From NCBI GenBank assembly GCA_018238545.1, contig JABCTC010000016.1:1-64000 (forward strand): a stretch of 64,000 nucleotides of DNA. Reading direction: 5' to 3'. Below the pieces are notes generated by a model, which saw only the letters and a program-made list of their open reading frames with translations, did not search any database and had not been told where the DNA came from. The stretch's first letter is position 1. Each line of letters opens with the position of its first letter. Both the position numbers and the translations under genes were made by a program. Of this stretch, positions 19,538 to 29,331 are shown in pieces. The stretch is from Candidatus Heimdallarchaeota archaeon. Lineage in GTDB: Archaea > Asgardarchaeota > Heimdallarchaeia > Heimdallarchaeales > Heimdallarchaeaceae.

Positions 19538-20649
19538 TTTACTTGAACATATATTTTCTTCAATTTATATTGATGATAACCAATCAGTACTCTAATGAAA
19601 CCATTCTTGATATTCTCAAAAGTTACAGGTTGTTCCAAATCGATTTCAAGCTTATCAATAGTTGTTAATTTCTGCTCTGAAGAGACGACGATTAATTGAA
19701 ACATTGAAACTCTATTTAGAACTCTTGAACTAATTTGTTGATTACCTCGTCCTAATAGAAAACCTTGACCTCCAATAGGTGTCAGTATAACTTTTACTTC
19801 TTTTTCAACAGTAATCTTGTGCAATTGCTCTTCATTAACATCTCTGTGTTTTATTTTACCATCTATAAGTACATCAATGCCTAGTAATGTTTTCTCAATA
19901 TCGATGGCTTTCATAATATGGTATACTGTACTTCCTGTACCCAATATTACTATACCCTTGAGAATATCATATTCATTAACTAATTCTTCGAAAAGAGGAT
20001 AAAAATCTTCGATAACTCCTCCAGAAGAAGAAATTTTTCCTCCTTGAATTAAGCCTGTTTTTTGAGGAACAATTAATTGACCAAAAAGAGAAGATTGTAC
20101 CCTATTCTCCCTGAACAATTCTTCGTTTACATCCATAACATCTTCTGGAGCTAGAACGAGCTCTTCATGAACCATTTCATCAAGAATCTCTCCCAAATCG
20201 TTTGGTCTATACAAAAAACAACCACTAAACATCTTTACACCAGAAGGGATTCCCAAGGCAGGAATTTGATCTCCAACTACGGAAGCAACATCTCTAGCTG
20301 TTCCATCTCCACCAACAAAAAGGATTAAATCTAAATCTAACTTCAAAAACGCCTTACAAGCTTCTTGTGTGTCATTTGCGGTTGTTCGTTGTTTGGAAGG
20401 ATTGAACACAAGTTCGCTCTTGAAATCATAGTTGGAAAGAATAGATTTGCCCATTGGATCATCACAATAATAGAAGGATATAGGAAGAGACGAGTCTATT
20501 GAGTCTAAAGCTTGTTCCACTCTTTCAAAAGCGTAAGTTTCGCCACTTTCAAAGAATCCCCAAGCTTCTTGAATAAGATCAGTGCCTTTCCAAGCCTTTT
20601 TTCCACCAAGACCAGCAATAGGATTAATAATAAAACCAATTTTAAGCAT
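19534..20649 (-). CDS. ATP-NAD kinase family protein
   Basis: GFIINPIAGLGG, GGDGTARD, GIPSGVKMFSG, TPIGGQGFLLGRGNQQ. Confidence 0.9.
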   Translation of the reverse strand: MLKIGFIINPIAGLGGKKAWKGTDLIQEAWGFFESGETYAFERVEQALDSIDSSLPISFYYCDDPMGKSILSNYDFKSELVFNPSKQRTTANDTQEACKAFLKLDLDLILFVGGDGTARDVASVVGDQIPALGIPSGVKMFSGCFLYRPNDLGEILDEMVHEELVLAPEDVMDVNEELFRENRVQSSLFGQLIVPQKTGLIQGGKISSSGGVIEDFYPLFEELVNEYDILKGIVILGTGSTVYHIMKAIDIEKTLLGIDVLIDGKIKHRDVNEEQLHKITVEKEVKVILTPIGGQGFLLGRGNQQISSRVLNRVSMFQLIVVSSEQKLTTIDKLEIDLEQPVTFENIKNGFIRVLIGYHQYKLKKIYVQVN

Positions 20650-20715
20650 TAGGAACAAAATATTTCAGTAGTTAGATTAAACTTTCTATTGAGCATTAAG
20701 AAAGTGTTAAATTTT

Positions 20716-21135
20716 TTATTTCTCCTCTTTAGAAGGAGTTGGTTTTTCTTTAGTTTTAACTGATTTCTTTTTCTTAGGGGATGGAAAGTAGAGATCAATA
20801 AGTTTTGAGAAACCCACTTTTTTTTCATACCGCTTCTCAACAACCATTTTGTGTAAAAAGAAAACACCAACCAATACTACAATGATTATAGCATATCCAA
20901 AAAGAGCTAGTAGAGGATTATATGCTAAGAAATTAGAATTAACATCATTTATGAACATAGGGTAAGCAAACATAGATATCAACCAGATTAGTCCCCAGAT
21001 GCTAAAAGTAACAAGGATATTATGAAGAGAGAAATCACTTAGAATGAAGAGGAATAAAACGGTAATCAAAATAGCAATAAGCAAATAAGCACCACCGTAA
21101 AAAAGCAAAAGCTCTCTTTTCTTAAAGTCAGTCAC
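20716..21135 (-). CDS. Hypothetical membrane protein (3 TM)
   Basis: Three hydrophobic segments and a Lys-rich tail; GTG start. Confidence 0.7.
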   Translation of the reverse strand: MTDFKKRELLLFYGGAYLLIAILITVLFLFILSDFSLHNILVTFSIWGLIWLISMFAYPMFINDVNSNFLAYNPLLALFGYAIIIVVLVGVFFLHKMVVEKRYEKKVGFSKLIDLYFPSPKKKKSVKTKEKPTPSKEEK

Positions 21136-21189
21136 AAGATTATGAAAGTGAAGATAGTTTTAAATTTAACTAATGGTCTGCTTTTTGTT

Positions 21190-21858
21190 TCAAGGATGTA
21201 TTTTCTGTTTGGATAAATAGGCAAGTGAAATGAAAGAGAGTAAGACGATAATCAGAGTCATAGAAGTGGAACTAACAGAATCATCAACAGAATCAACAGT
21301 ATAGATAGTTGTTCCCCAGGTAGGAGGGATAGGTTCTTGAAAGATAATAGTTTCCTCGAATGTTCTGATAACATAGGTGGAAAAGGATACAACTGTATAA
21401 TAACCTTCATAGTAAAAATCCAAATCAACCCAGAAAGCATAATGACCATAAGGAAGAGTGACCAAATCTGTAGAATTAACAATTACAACAAGATCAGTAA
21501 AAGTAGTTGTCAATCCGGGTTCAAAAAGAAAGGTATTCGGTGCGGGATAAACTCCCCGAGGGATAGAGAGATCTAAAGACACATTATCTGGTCGAAAATC
21601 ACCGCTAACATTAACCAGATTCTGATTAGGAGTGTGAATTTCAATACTTTGAGAATATGGATTCCAAACTTCATATAAAATTGGAAAAGTGAAGTAAGTG
21701 ATAGTAGCATAATCAATAACCTCTCTTAATGGAGACCAAGGAAAATCAGTTATCTTAAAATCTATAATAATTTCATCAGAGGGCGAGTATAAGGAAAAAG
21801 CAGAATTACAACAGAAAAGAAAAAGAAGAATAAGTGGGAACATTTTGGGAAAGGACAA
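21190..21858 (-). CDS. Secreted, C-terminally anchored hypothetical protein
   Basis: Signal-peptide-like N-terminus, beta-rich body, Ser/Thr linker, C-terminal TM and basic tail. Confidence 0.7.
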   Translation of the reverse strand: MSFPKMFPLILLFLFCCNSAFSLYSPSDEIIIDFKITDFPWSPLREVIDYATITYFTFPILYEVWNPYSQSIEIHTPNQNLVNVSGDFRPDNVSLDLSIPRGVYPAPNTFLFEPGLTTTFTDLVVIVNSTDLVTLPYGHYAFWVDLDFYYEGYYTVVSFSTYVIRTFEETIIFQEPIPPTWGTTIYTVDSVDDSVSSTSMTLIIVLLSFISLAYLSKQKIHP

Positions 21859-22258
21859 CTATTTCACTAGAAAAAGAAGGTAAAGGCAGTAAAAAACATT
21901 TCCAAAAATAAGAAGAAAATTTTTGTTGCAATAACCAAAAATGCAAATTTTCAACAAATAGTAGCGAGAAAATTTAAATTCTCACACAATTTTTGGAAAG
22001 GTATATATAGGAAAAATGGCATATAATATTGCTAGAACGTTAGAGTCTGACAAATTCCCAAAAAAAGGGAAGGAATTCATACGTATTGACAATATGTATG
22101 GAAACGGCTTGAAACTCATTAGAGTAGAGGTATTTGGTTCTCCTAAAAGTTTATAAGGACTGATGATAGGAGAGAATAACACAATAAAAAATTACGACTC
22201 TTAGAGAGGCTCTAATGAGTAAGACAACCAAGGATAACTTGGTTGAAAGTAAAAATAG

Positions 22259-22546
22259 GTGAAAATCATGAAAAGACGCAAACTTCCTCGTGGTGGAGAA
22301 GATATCATGAAGGTCCTGGATATTAGTGGACCAATGACACAAAAGCAGATATTGGGTTCTGTCGACCAGCCTGAAAGAACTGTAAGATATGGTATTAGAA
22401 GGTTATTAGAAAAAGGAATCCTAAAGAAAATGTCCAATTTATCCGATATGAGATCGGTATATTACTATCTTGATTTAGATATTCGCGCAAATTTCGAATT
22501 CTTAGTTAGTTCTAAGGAAAAAGTAGAAGTTTCTCAGACAAATTAA
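22259..22546 (+). CDS. Winged helix-turn-helix regulator (MarR/ArsR-like)
   Basis: GPMTQKQI...PERTVRYGIRRLLEKGIL...DMRSVYY. Confidence 0.85.
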   Translation: MKIMKRRKLPRGGEDIMKVLDISGPMTQKQILGSVDQPERTVRYGIRRLLEKGILKKMSNLSDMRSVYYYLDLDIRANFEFLVSSKEKVEVSQTN

Positions 22547-22707
22547 TCTTATTTACTTTTGGGTCTTTTGGCCCCTTTATTCCGGGAGTGGGAGAGGGAT
22601 TTTTTTTCCTTTTTTTATATTTGTTTCTTCTTGTTTTCTTTTTTTTGAGTGGTTTTTTTCTCTCTAACAAAATATATATTAAAGTTAGTTCCTATGCCTT
22701 ATTTGTT

Positions 22708-23019
22708 ATGAGTGATATATCTCCCCTAACTGAAATTACCAATCTCAAATCTCTTGCAAACTGGATGCAGAATGTAATCAAAGCTTATGAAAGTGGAGCC
22801 ATTAATAAAAAGACTGCTGCTGCTTTAGCCAAAAGGACTTTGAAAAAATTCAATAATTACATTGCAAAACCTGAAGAGAGCGAAAATTACGAGAAATTAT
22901 CAGATTTATGTACATCACTTTCTACTATTCAGAGATCAGAGGGGAACTTCGAAACGTTTTATTTAGAAAGTTTGAAAGAAGAATTGGATATTTTGCTAAA
23001 AACTCTAATGGGGGTATAG
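22708..23019 (+). CDS. Small helical hypothetical protein
   Basis: Start re-assigned to ATG 22708 because the upstream part of the track ORF is a poly-T tract; 1 nt before the GTPase gene. Confidence 0.7.
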   Translation: MSDISPLTEITNLKSLANWMQNVIKAYESGAINKKTAAALAKRTLKKFNNYIAKPEESENYEKLSDLCTSLSTIQRSEGNFETFYLESLKEELDILLKTLMGV

Positions 23020-23020
23020 A

Positions 23021-23563
23021 ATGAGCAGTTCCCAACCAGATTATAATTTTAAGATCCTTCTTCTAGGTAGTGCAGCTGTTGGAAAAACCAGTCTGGTACA
23101 GAGATTTGTTCATGATCGATTTGATTCCAGTTACTTGATGACAATTGGTATGGAACCATCTGAAAAACGTGTACATCTTAAAGATGGAACAAAAGTAGCC
23201 TTATCCATTTGGGATTTAGCAGGTCAAGATAGATTTCGTTTCATCAGACCTACTTTTTACAAAGGTGCAAAGGCGGCAATTCTTGTTTTCGATTTAACAC
23301 GCTCAACAACTCTGAAGGATATTAAAAAATGGGATAAAGAATTCATTGACAATTGTGGCTCTAAAGTTGTCAAAATTCTAGTTGGCAACAAAGAAGACCT
23401 TCAGAAGGAGAGAGCTATTTCAGAGTCAGAGTGTGAAGCGATGAACAAGAAAATTAAGAGCAAAATACAGTTCAATACAAGTGCCTTATCTGGAAAACAT
23501 GTAGATGAAGCATTTTCAAAGATAGCTGAATTATTAGTTGAACAAGCTAAAGAGATGGATTAA
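23021..23563 (+). CDS. Rab-like small GTPase
   Basis: G1 GSAAVGKT, G2 TIG, G3 WDLAGQ, G4 NKED, G5 TSA; FYKGA and LVFDLT RabF-like motifs. Confidence 0.95.
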   Translation: MSSSQPDYNFKILLLGSAAVGKTSLVQRFVHDRFDSSYLMTIGMEPSEKRVHLKDGTKVALSIWDLAGQDRFRFIRPTFYKGAKAAILVFDLTRSTTLKDIKKWDKEFIDNCGSKVVKILVGNKEDLQKERAISESECEAMNKKIKSKIQFNTSALSGKHVDEAFSKIAELLVEQAKEMD

Positions 23564-24186
23564 TCTTTCTCTTCTTTATCCCCTGTTTTTTCTACCTCAG
23601 AGTCACTTTCTTCTTCAAAGTCATCATCAAATAGTAACACACTATCTAAAACAGATTCTAGCAAAGGTCTATCAGGTGCATTAAGAAGAACATCTTGTGA
23701 TTCAGAGACGCTCACGTCTAATGAAGAGAGATCTGCTCTGGGTCCTCTGGTTCGAGGTGTGGCAAATGTTGCGGTTCCGATATTCTTTATCATTGTTTTC
23801 ATTGAAGAAATCTCGTCTTTTAATTCAGTGAAAGCAGGGAAATCATTAAGTTGATCTATCAGCTTATCTACCTTAGCCAAATCTTTCTTAGTTTTTTCTT
23901 CAAGTTTTTTCCCATTTTCTATAATCTTTGCCATTTTTCCTTCGGTAACAGGAGAATTCATATGATTTATCGGTTGATAAACTCTCTCTGGAGGAGATGT
24001 CTGAGTTAGTTTGAAATCATCCAAAGTGCCAAATTGCTCTTTGTGATGAGATTTTATTGATTCTAAAATAGCTCTTTCTGGACTTCCATAGTGAGAAACA
24101 AGATCTTCTAGCATATCAAAGAATTCCATAGGGATAGGTAATTCTATGATTCTTGCAATTCTTTGTCTTTGCTCATCACTATACAT
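23560..24186 (-). CDS. Hypothetical protein (RHH-like N-terminus, coiled coil, acidic tail)
   Basis: Likely ATG 24186; pattern read by eye. Confidence 0.65.
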   Translation of the reverse strand: MYSDEQRQRIARIIELPIPMEFFDMLEDLVSHYGSPERAILESIKSHHKEQFGTLDDFKLTQTSPPERVYQPINHMNSPVTEGKMAKIIENGKKLEEKTKKDLAKVDKLIDQLNDFPAFTELKDEISSMKTMIKNIGTATFATPRTRGPRADLSSLDVSVSESQDVLLNAPDRPLLESVLDSVLLFDDDFEEESDSEVEKTGDKEEKD

Positions 24187-24340
24187 TAAACAGCCTCTAA
24201 GATTCAATTCTACTCTTTAACTTAAGATAGATTTCTCTATATATAGTATTTATTACTGCTACGTTATTATATCTAAAGTTTTTTGGGTTTATTCTTTAAA
24301 AATGCACAAATTTAAAAGTTTAATTTTTTTAGATGAATTA

Positions 24341-25048
24341 ATGACTGATGAGAAAAAAACCATTTTGGCTTGTTTTGCACATCCAGATGATGAGATTGGT
24401 TGTATTGGCACGCTTTCAAATCATGTTGACAAAGGAGATCAAGTTATCTTAGCTTGGACAACAAGTGGTGAAATGGCTTCCCACTTCGATAATATGTCTT
24501 TCAATGAGGTCAAAAAAATCAGAGAAGAACAAGGGCAAGCAGTAGGAGAGATTGTTGGAAGCAAGACTATGTTCTTAGGGTATGGAGATACTTCTGTTAG
24601 ATCAACAAGAGACAGTGCTCTAAAAATGGCTAAAGTAATAGCAGAAGTAAAACCTGACGCAATAATCACATGGTCAATGAACACCAGACATCCGGACCAT
24701 AGAGGAACAGCAAACATTCTTTATGACGCGTTGACATATGCCCGTATTCCAATAATAACAAACCCTCTTGACGCCTATAGACCACCTTTGCACAGCCCAA
24801 TTTTTATGTATCATGAAGAATTATCACCTTTACCTACTGTTTATGTAGATGTAACAGAAAATTTTGAAAAGGTCAGAAAAGTTGCTAAACTTTACGGAGA
24901 TTTTTACAATTGGCAACAAGTAGATGATTGGATTGACGTTGGACGACGATCTAATGGGTTAAAATGTGGAGTTAGATACGCAGAAAAATATAATATACTA
25001 ACAAGATACCCACCTGTAGACAAATTATTACCTATTAACAAAGACTAA
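24341..25048 (+). CDS. PIG-L/LmbE family deacetylase
   Basis: AHPDDE and HPDH motifs. Confidence 0.92.
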   Translation: MTDEKKTILACFAHPDDEIGCIGTLSNHVDKGDQVILAWTTSGEMASHFDNMSFNEVKKIREEQGQAVGEIVGSKTMFLGYGDTSVRSTRDSALKMAKVIAEVKPDAIITWSMNTRHPDHRGTANILYDALTYARIPIITNPLDAYRPPLHSPIFMYHEELSPLPTVYVDVTENFEKVRKVAKLYGDFYNWQQVDDWIDVGRRSNGLKCGVRYAEKYNILTRYPPVDKLLPINKD

Positions 25049-25096
25049 CTAGAGACTAAATTTTTTCAAGTAAAAATAATGGAAAAAAATAGTGAG

Positions 25097-25126
25097 TGAA
25101 AAGGCAAGCCCTTTTCAGCTCTTTTT
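25097..25126. terminator. Hairpin plus T tract between convergent genes
   Basis: GAAAAGG-CAAGC-CCTTTTC followed by CTTTTT. Confidence 0.4.
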
Positions 25127-25838
25127 AAATTGAAAGCTTGTTCTGATTTTTAGATGTAGACAATCTTCTCAGATAAGTATAAGACACAAAGAGGATAACA
25201 CTAGCTACCATTAATGCAATTCCAAAGTAAATGTAAAGATGGCCATTAATGAAATAGTTTACTCCATCGATTATATGAGATGATGTAACCATAAATGGTT
25301 GAATAAATAAGCCCATCCCAATACTCATCAGCATTAATGAAACAGTAGAGATTATAGTAGTCTTAGTATCTATTTTTTCTGTGCTATCTGAAGAAAATTT
25401 CGAAGGTGCTTCTGAATCTCTTTCGGAAGTTTTGAATCTAAGTTCGTAGAACGGCGGAAGCAACAATAATAATAGAACGATTCCATAAACAACTGTCCTC
25501 ATTAGAGAAGGAGAAAATGACATCCCATTGCTTATCACCAAAAGTGAGGGAATTAGTCCACTAGCTAAACCAACAACACTTGTTGCTAAAGCAACAGGAT
25601 AAAACCATGTCTTCCTAGAAATTAATGCCCAGATTAAGCCTCCAGAAACTATAGCAGCTACATAAGTTAGAAGCGTGGTTATTATGAAAACCCATTGTAA
25701 TTCATTCATTATGTAAAGGGCGCTAGATGTATCAGTTGTCGGATTAAATGTCGGACAACTACTACCAATAGCACTTACTATTCCAATAAATGCTGCAAAG
25801 CTTTCAAAAACTATCAATGTTCTTATTTTTCCTTTCAT
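25125..25838 (-). CDS. Hypothetical membrane protein (about 6 TM)
   Basis: Multiple hydrophobic segments. Confidence 0.75.
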   Translation of the reverse strand: MKGKIRTLIVFESFAAFIGIVSAIGSSCPTFNPTTDTSSALYIMNELQWVFIITTLLTYVAAIVSGGLIWALISRKTWFYPVALATSVVGLASGLIPSLLVISNGMSFSPSLMRTVVYGIVLLLLLLPPFYELRFKTSERDSEAPSKFSSDSTEKIDTKTTIISTVSLMLMSIGMGLFIQPFMVTSSHIIDGVNYFINGHLYIYFGIALMVASVILFVSYTYLRRLSTSKNQNKLSI

Positions 25839-25927
25839 ATATTAACCTCAATATTAATTAGCATGTTTTATTTTTTAGATTTTTAAAGTTTCTCCGAATT
25901 AGCCTATTCAACGCCTTCAAGAACAAA

Positions 25928-25945
25928 TGTGCATGCGTATGCACA
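25928..25945. promoter_or_regulatory. Inverted repeat, candidate operator
   Basis: TGTGCAT-N4-ATGCACA just upstream of a TTTTATATA TATA-like box in a divergent intergenic region. Confidence 0.5.
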
Positions 25946-26029
25946 CTGAATGCTTTTATAATAGGATTGTTGGAAAGAATTTATATTCGCTTCAAATATT
26001 AGTTTTAAGAAGTGTATTAGGTGAAAAAT

Positions 26030-26695
26030 ATGTTTATGACAGATATTCTTGGACTTGTACTGTTATTAACAACAGGTGTTGTTGCACTTCTAATGTGCAT
26101 CTGGCTAATTATTGATTATGCAAAAAACAGAAAACCATACCATATCCTTTGGGCTATAAGTATGGCCGTTTTATTTGTATCTGGTGTCTTAATCATCCTA
26201 TTTGATTGGGGTGTTCTTGAAAACGCACTGGTTCCTGCTGTGGCAGCATTAATTCCAGTAGGTTTTGCGACAGGTTTGCTATATGTAACATTTGAAAATA
26301 GATGGTATGCTAGAATTTTTGGCGTTTTGGAGGTTCTACTAATAATTACTCTTGTATTTTTACGTTATTTTGCAGAAGATCTATCAACTGCTTTCATAAT
26401 GATAATTCACATTCCTGCAGGACTTGCTATTGTAATCCTACCAATTTACACAGCGATTATCAAAGATACGGAAATGACCAGTATTATGTTCAGCATAGGC
26501 GGTTTGTTAATTTCAATTGGTGGAGCTTTGCTTGCTTTCCTAAAATTAGGTAGTGCCATCTTATCCGCAGAGACAATTTTCCTCATATTACCAGGTTTGC
26601 TTCTTATCGTAGGTGCCCTGATCTCTCTAGGAATAATATTCCCAACAAAATGGAGACCAACATTTGAGATATTTAATAAGAAGCAAAATATTTAA
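26030..26695 (+). CDS. Hypothetical 7-TM membrane protein
   Basis: Seven hydrophobic segments; first gene of the putative cyoE operon. Confidence 0.75.
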   Translation: MFMTDILGLVLLLTTGVVALLMCIWLIIDYAKNRKPYHILWAISMAVLFVSGVLIILFDWGVLENALVPAVAALIPVGFATGLLYVTFENRWYARIFGVLEVLLIITLVFLRYFAEDLSTAFIMIIHIPAGLAIVILPIYTAIIKDTEMTSIMFSIGGLLISIGGALLAFLKLGSAILSAETIFLILPGLLLIVGALISLGIIFPTKWRPTFEIFNKKQNI

Positions 26696-26736
26696 AGCAG
26701 AATATTTGATAAAAGCAAAAAGGCGGTAAAAAAGAT

Positions 26737-28239
26737 ATGTCAAATAACGAATCTGATGAAAGTAAAACATTTTCAGGTCGATTTCAAGGTATGCTTAGAT
26801 ATGGTTTTGGTACCTACAAGGGATTAGTTACGTTAATTATTGCTTATTTAACCCTAACTATCCTTTTCTTAGGTACTTTTTCACAACCAATCGTAGAGAT
26901 TATTGGAAAACCTATAATACCGATAGTATTAGACGATGCATTCCAAGTAAGTCGAATAATTATGTTATATCACTCAATTGCGATGCCATTTTTGGCAGCT
27001 GTTGTTTTCTTAGTTTTGGATACTTGCAATGTTCGAGAGAAGTTTAAACCTCATGTCAAATGGCCAATTTTAACTGGTTCTCTACTAACTTCAACAATGG
27101 GTTTGACTTTTGCATATATATTACAACGGAATATGATTGTTCATGCATTTTTTATTCTTGGACTTTGTCTAGTTTTCTATGGTGGTGTAGTTTTGCTTAT
27201 TGGAACCTTCCCAACAAAGAATTTTCCTGATTATGAGAAAAACAAAGATGGTCCTTATTTAGGTAGATTAAACCTAGAACAGCTAAATATAATGTTAGTA
27301 GCTTTTTGCTTGTTAATTACAGCTTCAATAGCAGCTATTGTGGGGGCAGATATTGGTAATTCGCAAGGACTATTTACAGACCCTCCACAAGTGTTTTCTT
27401 CTCCTTGGACACAAGTGTTTTATTTTCCATTTTTAGCAGAAGAATGGCTTAGATTTGAACATGAGACTTTGCCGTATCTCCGTATGATTATAGCTCATCT
27501 TCATAACATGCTAGCTATGATAGATGTAGCGGTACTATTGATAGTATTTCGTCGCATTAAGGTCACTAAACTATGGTACCTTGTGGCCAACATTTTAGTA
27601 ATCCCCGGAACTTTAATTACATCTATCGGAGCTTGGTTAGTTGTTCCTGGTTATGAGGATGCGCATGTAATCATCAATGTAGGCGCAGCTTTCTTGCTAT
27701 CTGCCAGTTTGATTTTAGTTATATTTGGATTTATACAGATTAGCAAAAAAGTTCTCGGAGAAAATTATGAGACAGCATCTATTTGGAAGCGTTTTATATC
27801 TATCTTCAAAGATTCTGTAAACTTTGGTCTTTACTGGCTATTTATTTGGGTTAACTTTGTGGTAACTGCTCCTGGAGTTTATACTGCACTTAATCTAGAG
27901 TATGTTAGGTCTCAACCTTGGATTCAAGAACGCACCTTTGCTTCAGGCCATTGGCATGTCTTAGCAACTTTGACTGCAATGATGGTTTTACTTTTCTATA
28001 TCGATCTCATAAATATGAAAGGTATTTTGCGCACAATCATAGGATGGTTCGTTACAGTTGGTGGTCTATTGGGCTTTGGAGCTGCTTTGTATTTCATGAT
28101 GGTTGACAATACTAGTTCTTTTGCCACTATAGTAACCGATATAGGATTATTTGCGCTATTCGCAGCAATAGGCATTTTCTGTATATACCAATTAGTCAAG
28201 ATACTAAAAGGGGATAGAAGCAAGGAAATAGAACAATAG
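26737..28239 (+). CDS. Polytopic His-rich membrane protein, possibly a divergent heme-copper oxidase subunit I fold
   Basis: About 12 TMs; intramembrane His in YHS, VHA, AHLH, AHV and GHWH; adjacent to cyoE. Confidence 0.6.
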   Translation: MSNNESDESKTFSGRFQGMLRYGFGTYKGLVTLIIAYLTLTILFLGTFSQPIVEIIGKPIIPIVLDDAFQVSRIIMLYHSIAMPFLAAVVFLVLDTCNVREKFKPHVKWPILTGSLLTSTMGLTFAYILQRNMIVHAFFILGLCLVFYGGVVLLIGTFPTKNFPDYEKNKDGPYLGRLNLEQLNIMLVAFCLLITASIAAIVGADIGNSQGLFTDPPQVFSSPWTQVFYFPFLAEEWLRFEHETLPYLRMIIAHLHNMLAMIDVAVLLIVFRRIKVTKLWYLVANILVIPGTLITSIGAWLVVPGYEDAHVIINVGAAFLLSASLILVIFGFIQISKKVLGENYETASIWKRFISIFKDSVNFGLYWLFIWVNFVVTAPGVYTALNLEYVRSQPWIQERTFASGHWHVLATLTAMMVLLFYIDLINMKGILRTIIGWFVTVGGLLGFGAALYFMMVDNTSSFATIVTDIGLFALFAAIGIFCIYQLVKILKGDRSKEIEQ

Positions 28240-28259
28240 ATACTAAAGGAAAATGAGAA

Positions 28260-29186
28260 ATGGCGAATCCAGAACAATTTCCAGTTATAACCGGAGAGGA
28301 GGTAAGAACCACAAGCAATAGGTTCTTATCCCTTCGTTTATATCTAGGTTTAATAAAAGAGAAGCAGACAATATTACTAGTTTTCACTTCGATGCTAGCA
28401 TACTTAATATCTGCTTATCCGTTTATTTCACTTTCTGATTGTCTCTGGCTTCTCTTTTCCATATTTTTGGCTGTATCAGGTACAACTCTGTTAAACATGT
28501 ATATTGATAGGGACATAGATAAAATAATGGAACGAACTAAAGATAGAGCGCTTCCTAGTGGTAAAACATCTCCACAATCTGTTGTAGGACATGGAATTCT
28601 CTATACAGTTTCAGGAATCGTGTTTGCAGGTGTTTTTCTTAACCTAACGGTTATGATCATAATTTTTCTAGGATTCTTTTTTGATATAGTAATCTATTCA
28701 ATGTGGTTGAAAAGAAAAACTCGCTTTTCCATTATTTTTGGTGGAATTGCTGGGGGGTTACCTGCACTTGCGGGAAGAGTTGTGTTTACTGGACAAATTG
28801 ATTTAATCGGAATTCTGATGGGAGTTTTTATTTTATCATGGATACCTTTGCACATACTTACGCTTGCATTATTGCCAAAAACATTAGAAGATTACAAAAA
28901 TGCTGGAGTACCAATGTGGCCTGTAGTGAGAAGCAAAAAAGAGACAATTATCGTTATTACAATATCCGCACTCATCAGTTCACTCACGGCTATTGTTATC
29001 AGTATACTTCTCAATATTTACATCGCGATTACTATAGTAGTTGTTTTTGCTGGGCTTATCCTAATTAGTTTATCAATCATGAATCTCATTAAACCAGCAG
29101 AGAAAACTACTAAATTCATTTTTATGGGTGCGTCACTGTTTATGGTTATTGCATTTTTACTCTGGTTCATTGGCAAAGTCATTTAA
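28260..29186 (+). CDS. cyoE: Protoheme IX farnesyltransferase (heme o synthase)
   Basis: NMYIDRDIDKIMERTKDRALPSG, YSMWLKRKT, WIPLH, DYKNAGVPM. Confidence 0.93.
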   Translation: MANPEQFPVITGEEVRTTSNRFLSLRLYLGLIKEKQTILLVFTSMLAYLISAYPFISLSDCLWLLFSIFLAVSGTTLLNMYIDRDIDKIMERTKDRALPSGKTSPQSVVGHGILYTVSGIVFAGVFLNLTVMIIIFLGFFFDIVIYSMWLKRKTRFSIIFGGIAGGLPALAGRVVFTGQIDLIGILMGVFILSWIPLHILTLALLPKTLEDYKNAGVPMWPVVRSKKETIIVITISALISSLTAIVISILLNIYIAITIVVVFAGLILISLSIMNLIKPAEKTTKFIFMGASLFMVIAFLLWFIGKVI

Positions 29187-29331
29187 TAATTTTCTAGAGC
29201 CATAGAATCTCCAGAATTATTTATGAAAAATATTTATCACTAAATATTTTCTCTATTAGAATTATAAGCAAGAGTTGTGTAAAAATACACTTAAGAAGTA
29301 GTTTTTTACCATTAAATCTGTTGAGATACTT

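Noticed and set aside
22588-22707. Hydrophobic N-terminal extension (MGEGFFFLFLYLF...) of the 143-aa track ORF
   Set aside because: Translation of a poly-T terminator/promoter region, not a real TM segment.
23560-23700. WH2/VCA-like actin nucleation motif in the acidic tail
   Set aside because: No LKKT-type motif and no terminal Trp; resemblance too weak.
26737-28239. Canonical cytochrome c oxidase subunit I or heme A synthase
   Set aside because: Lacks HPxVY, HH and ExxHR motifs.
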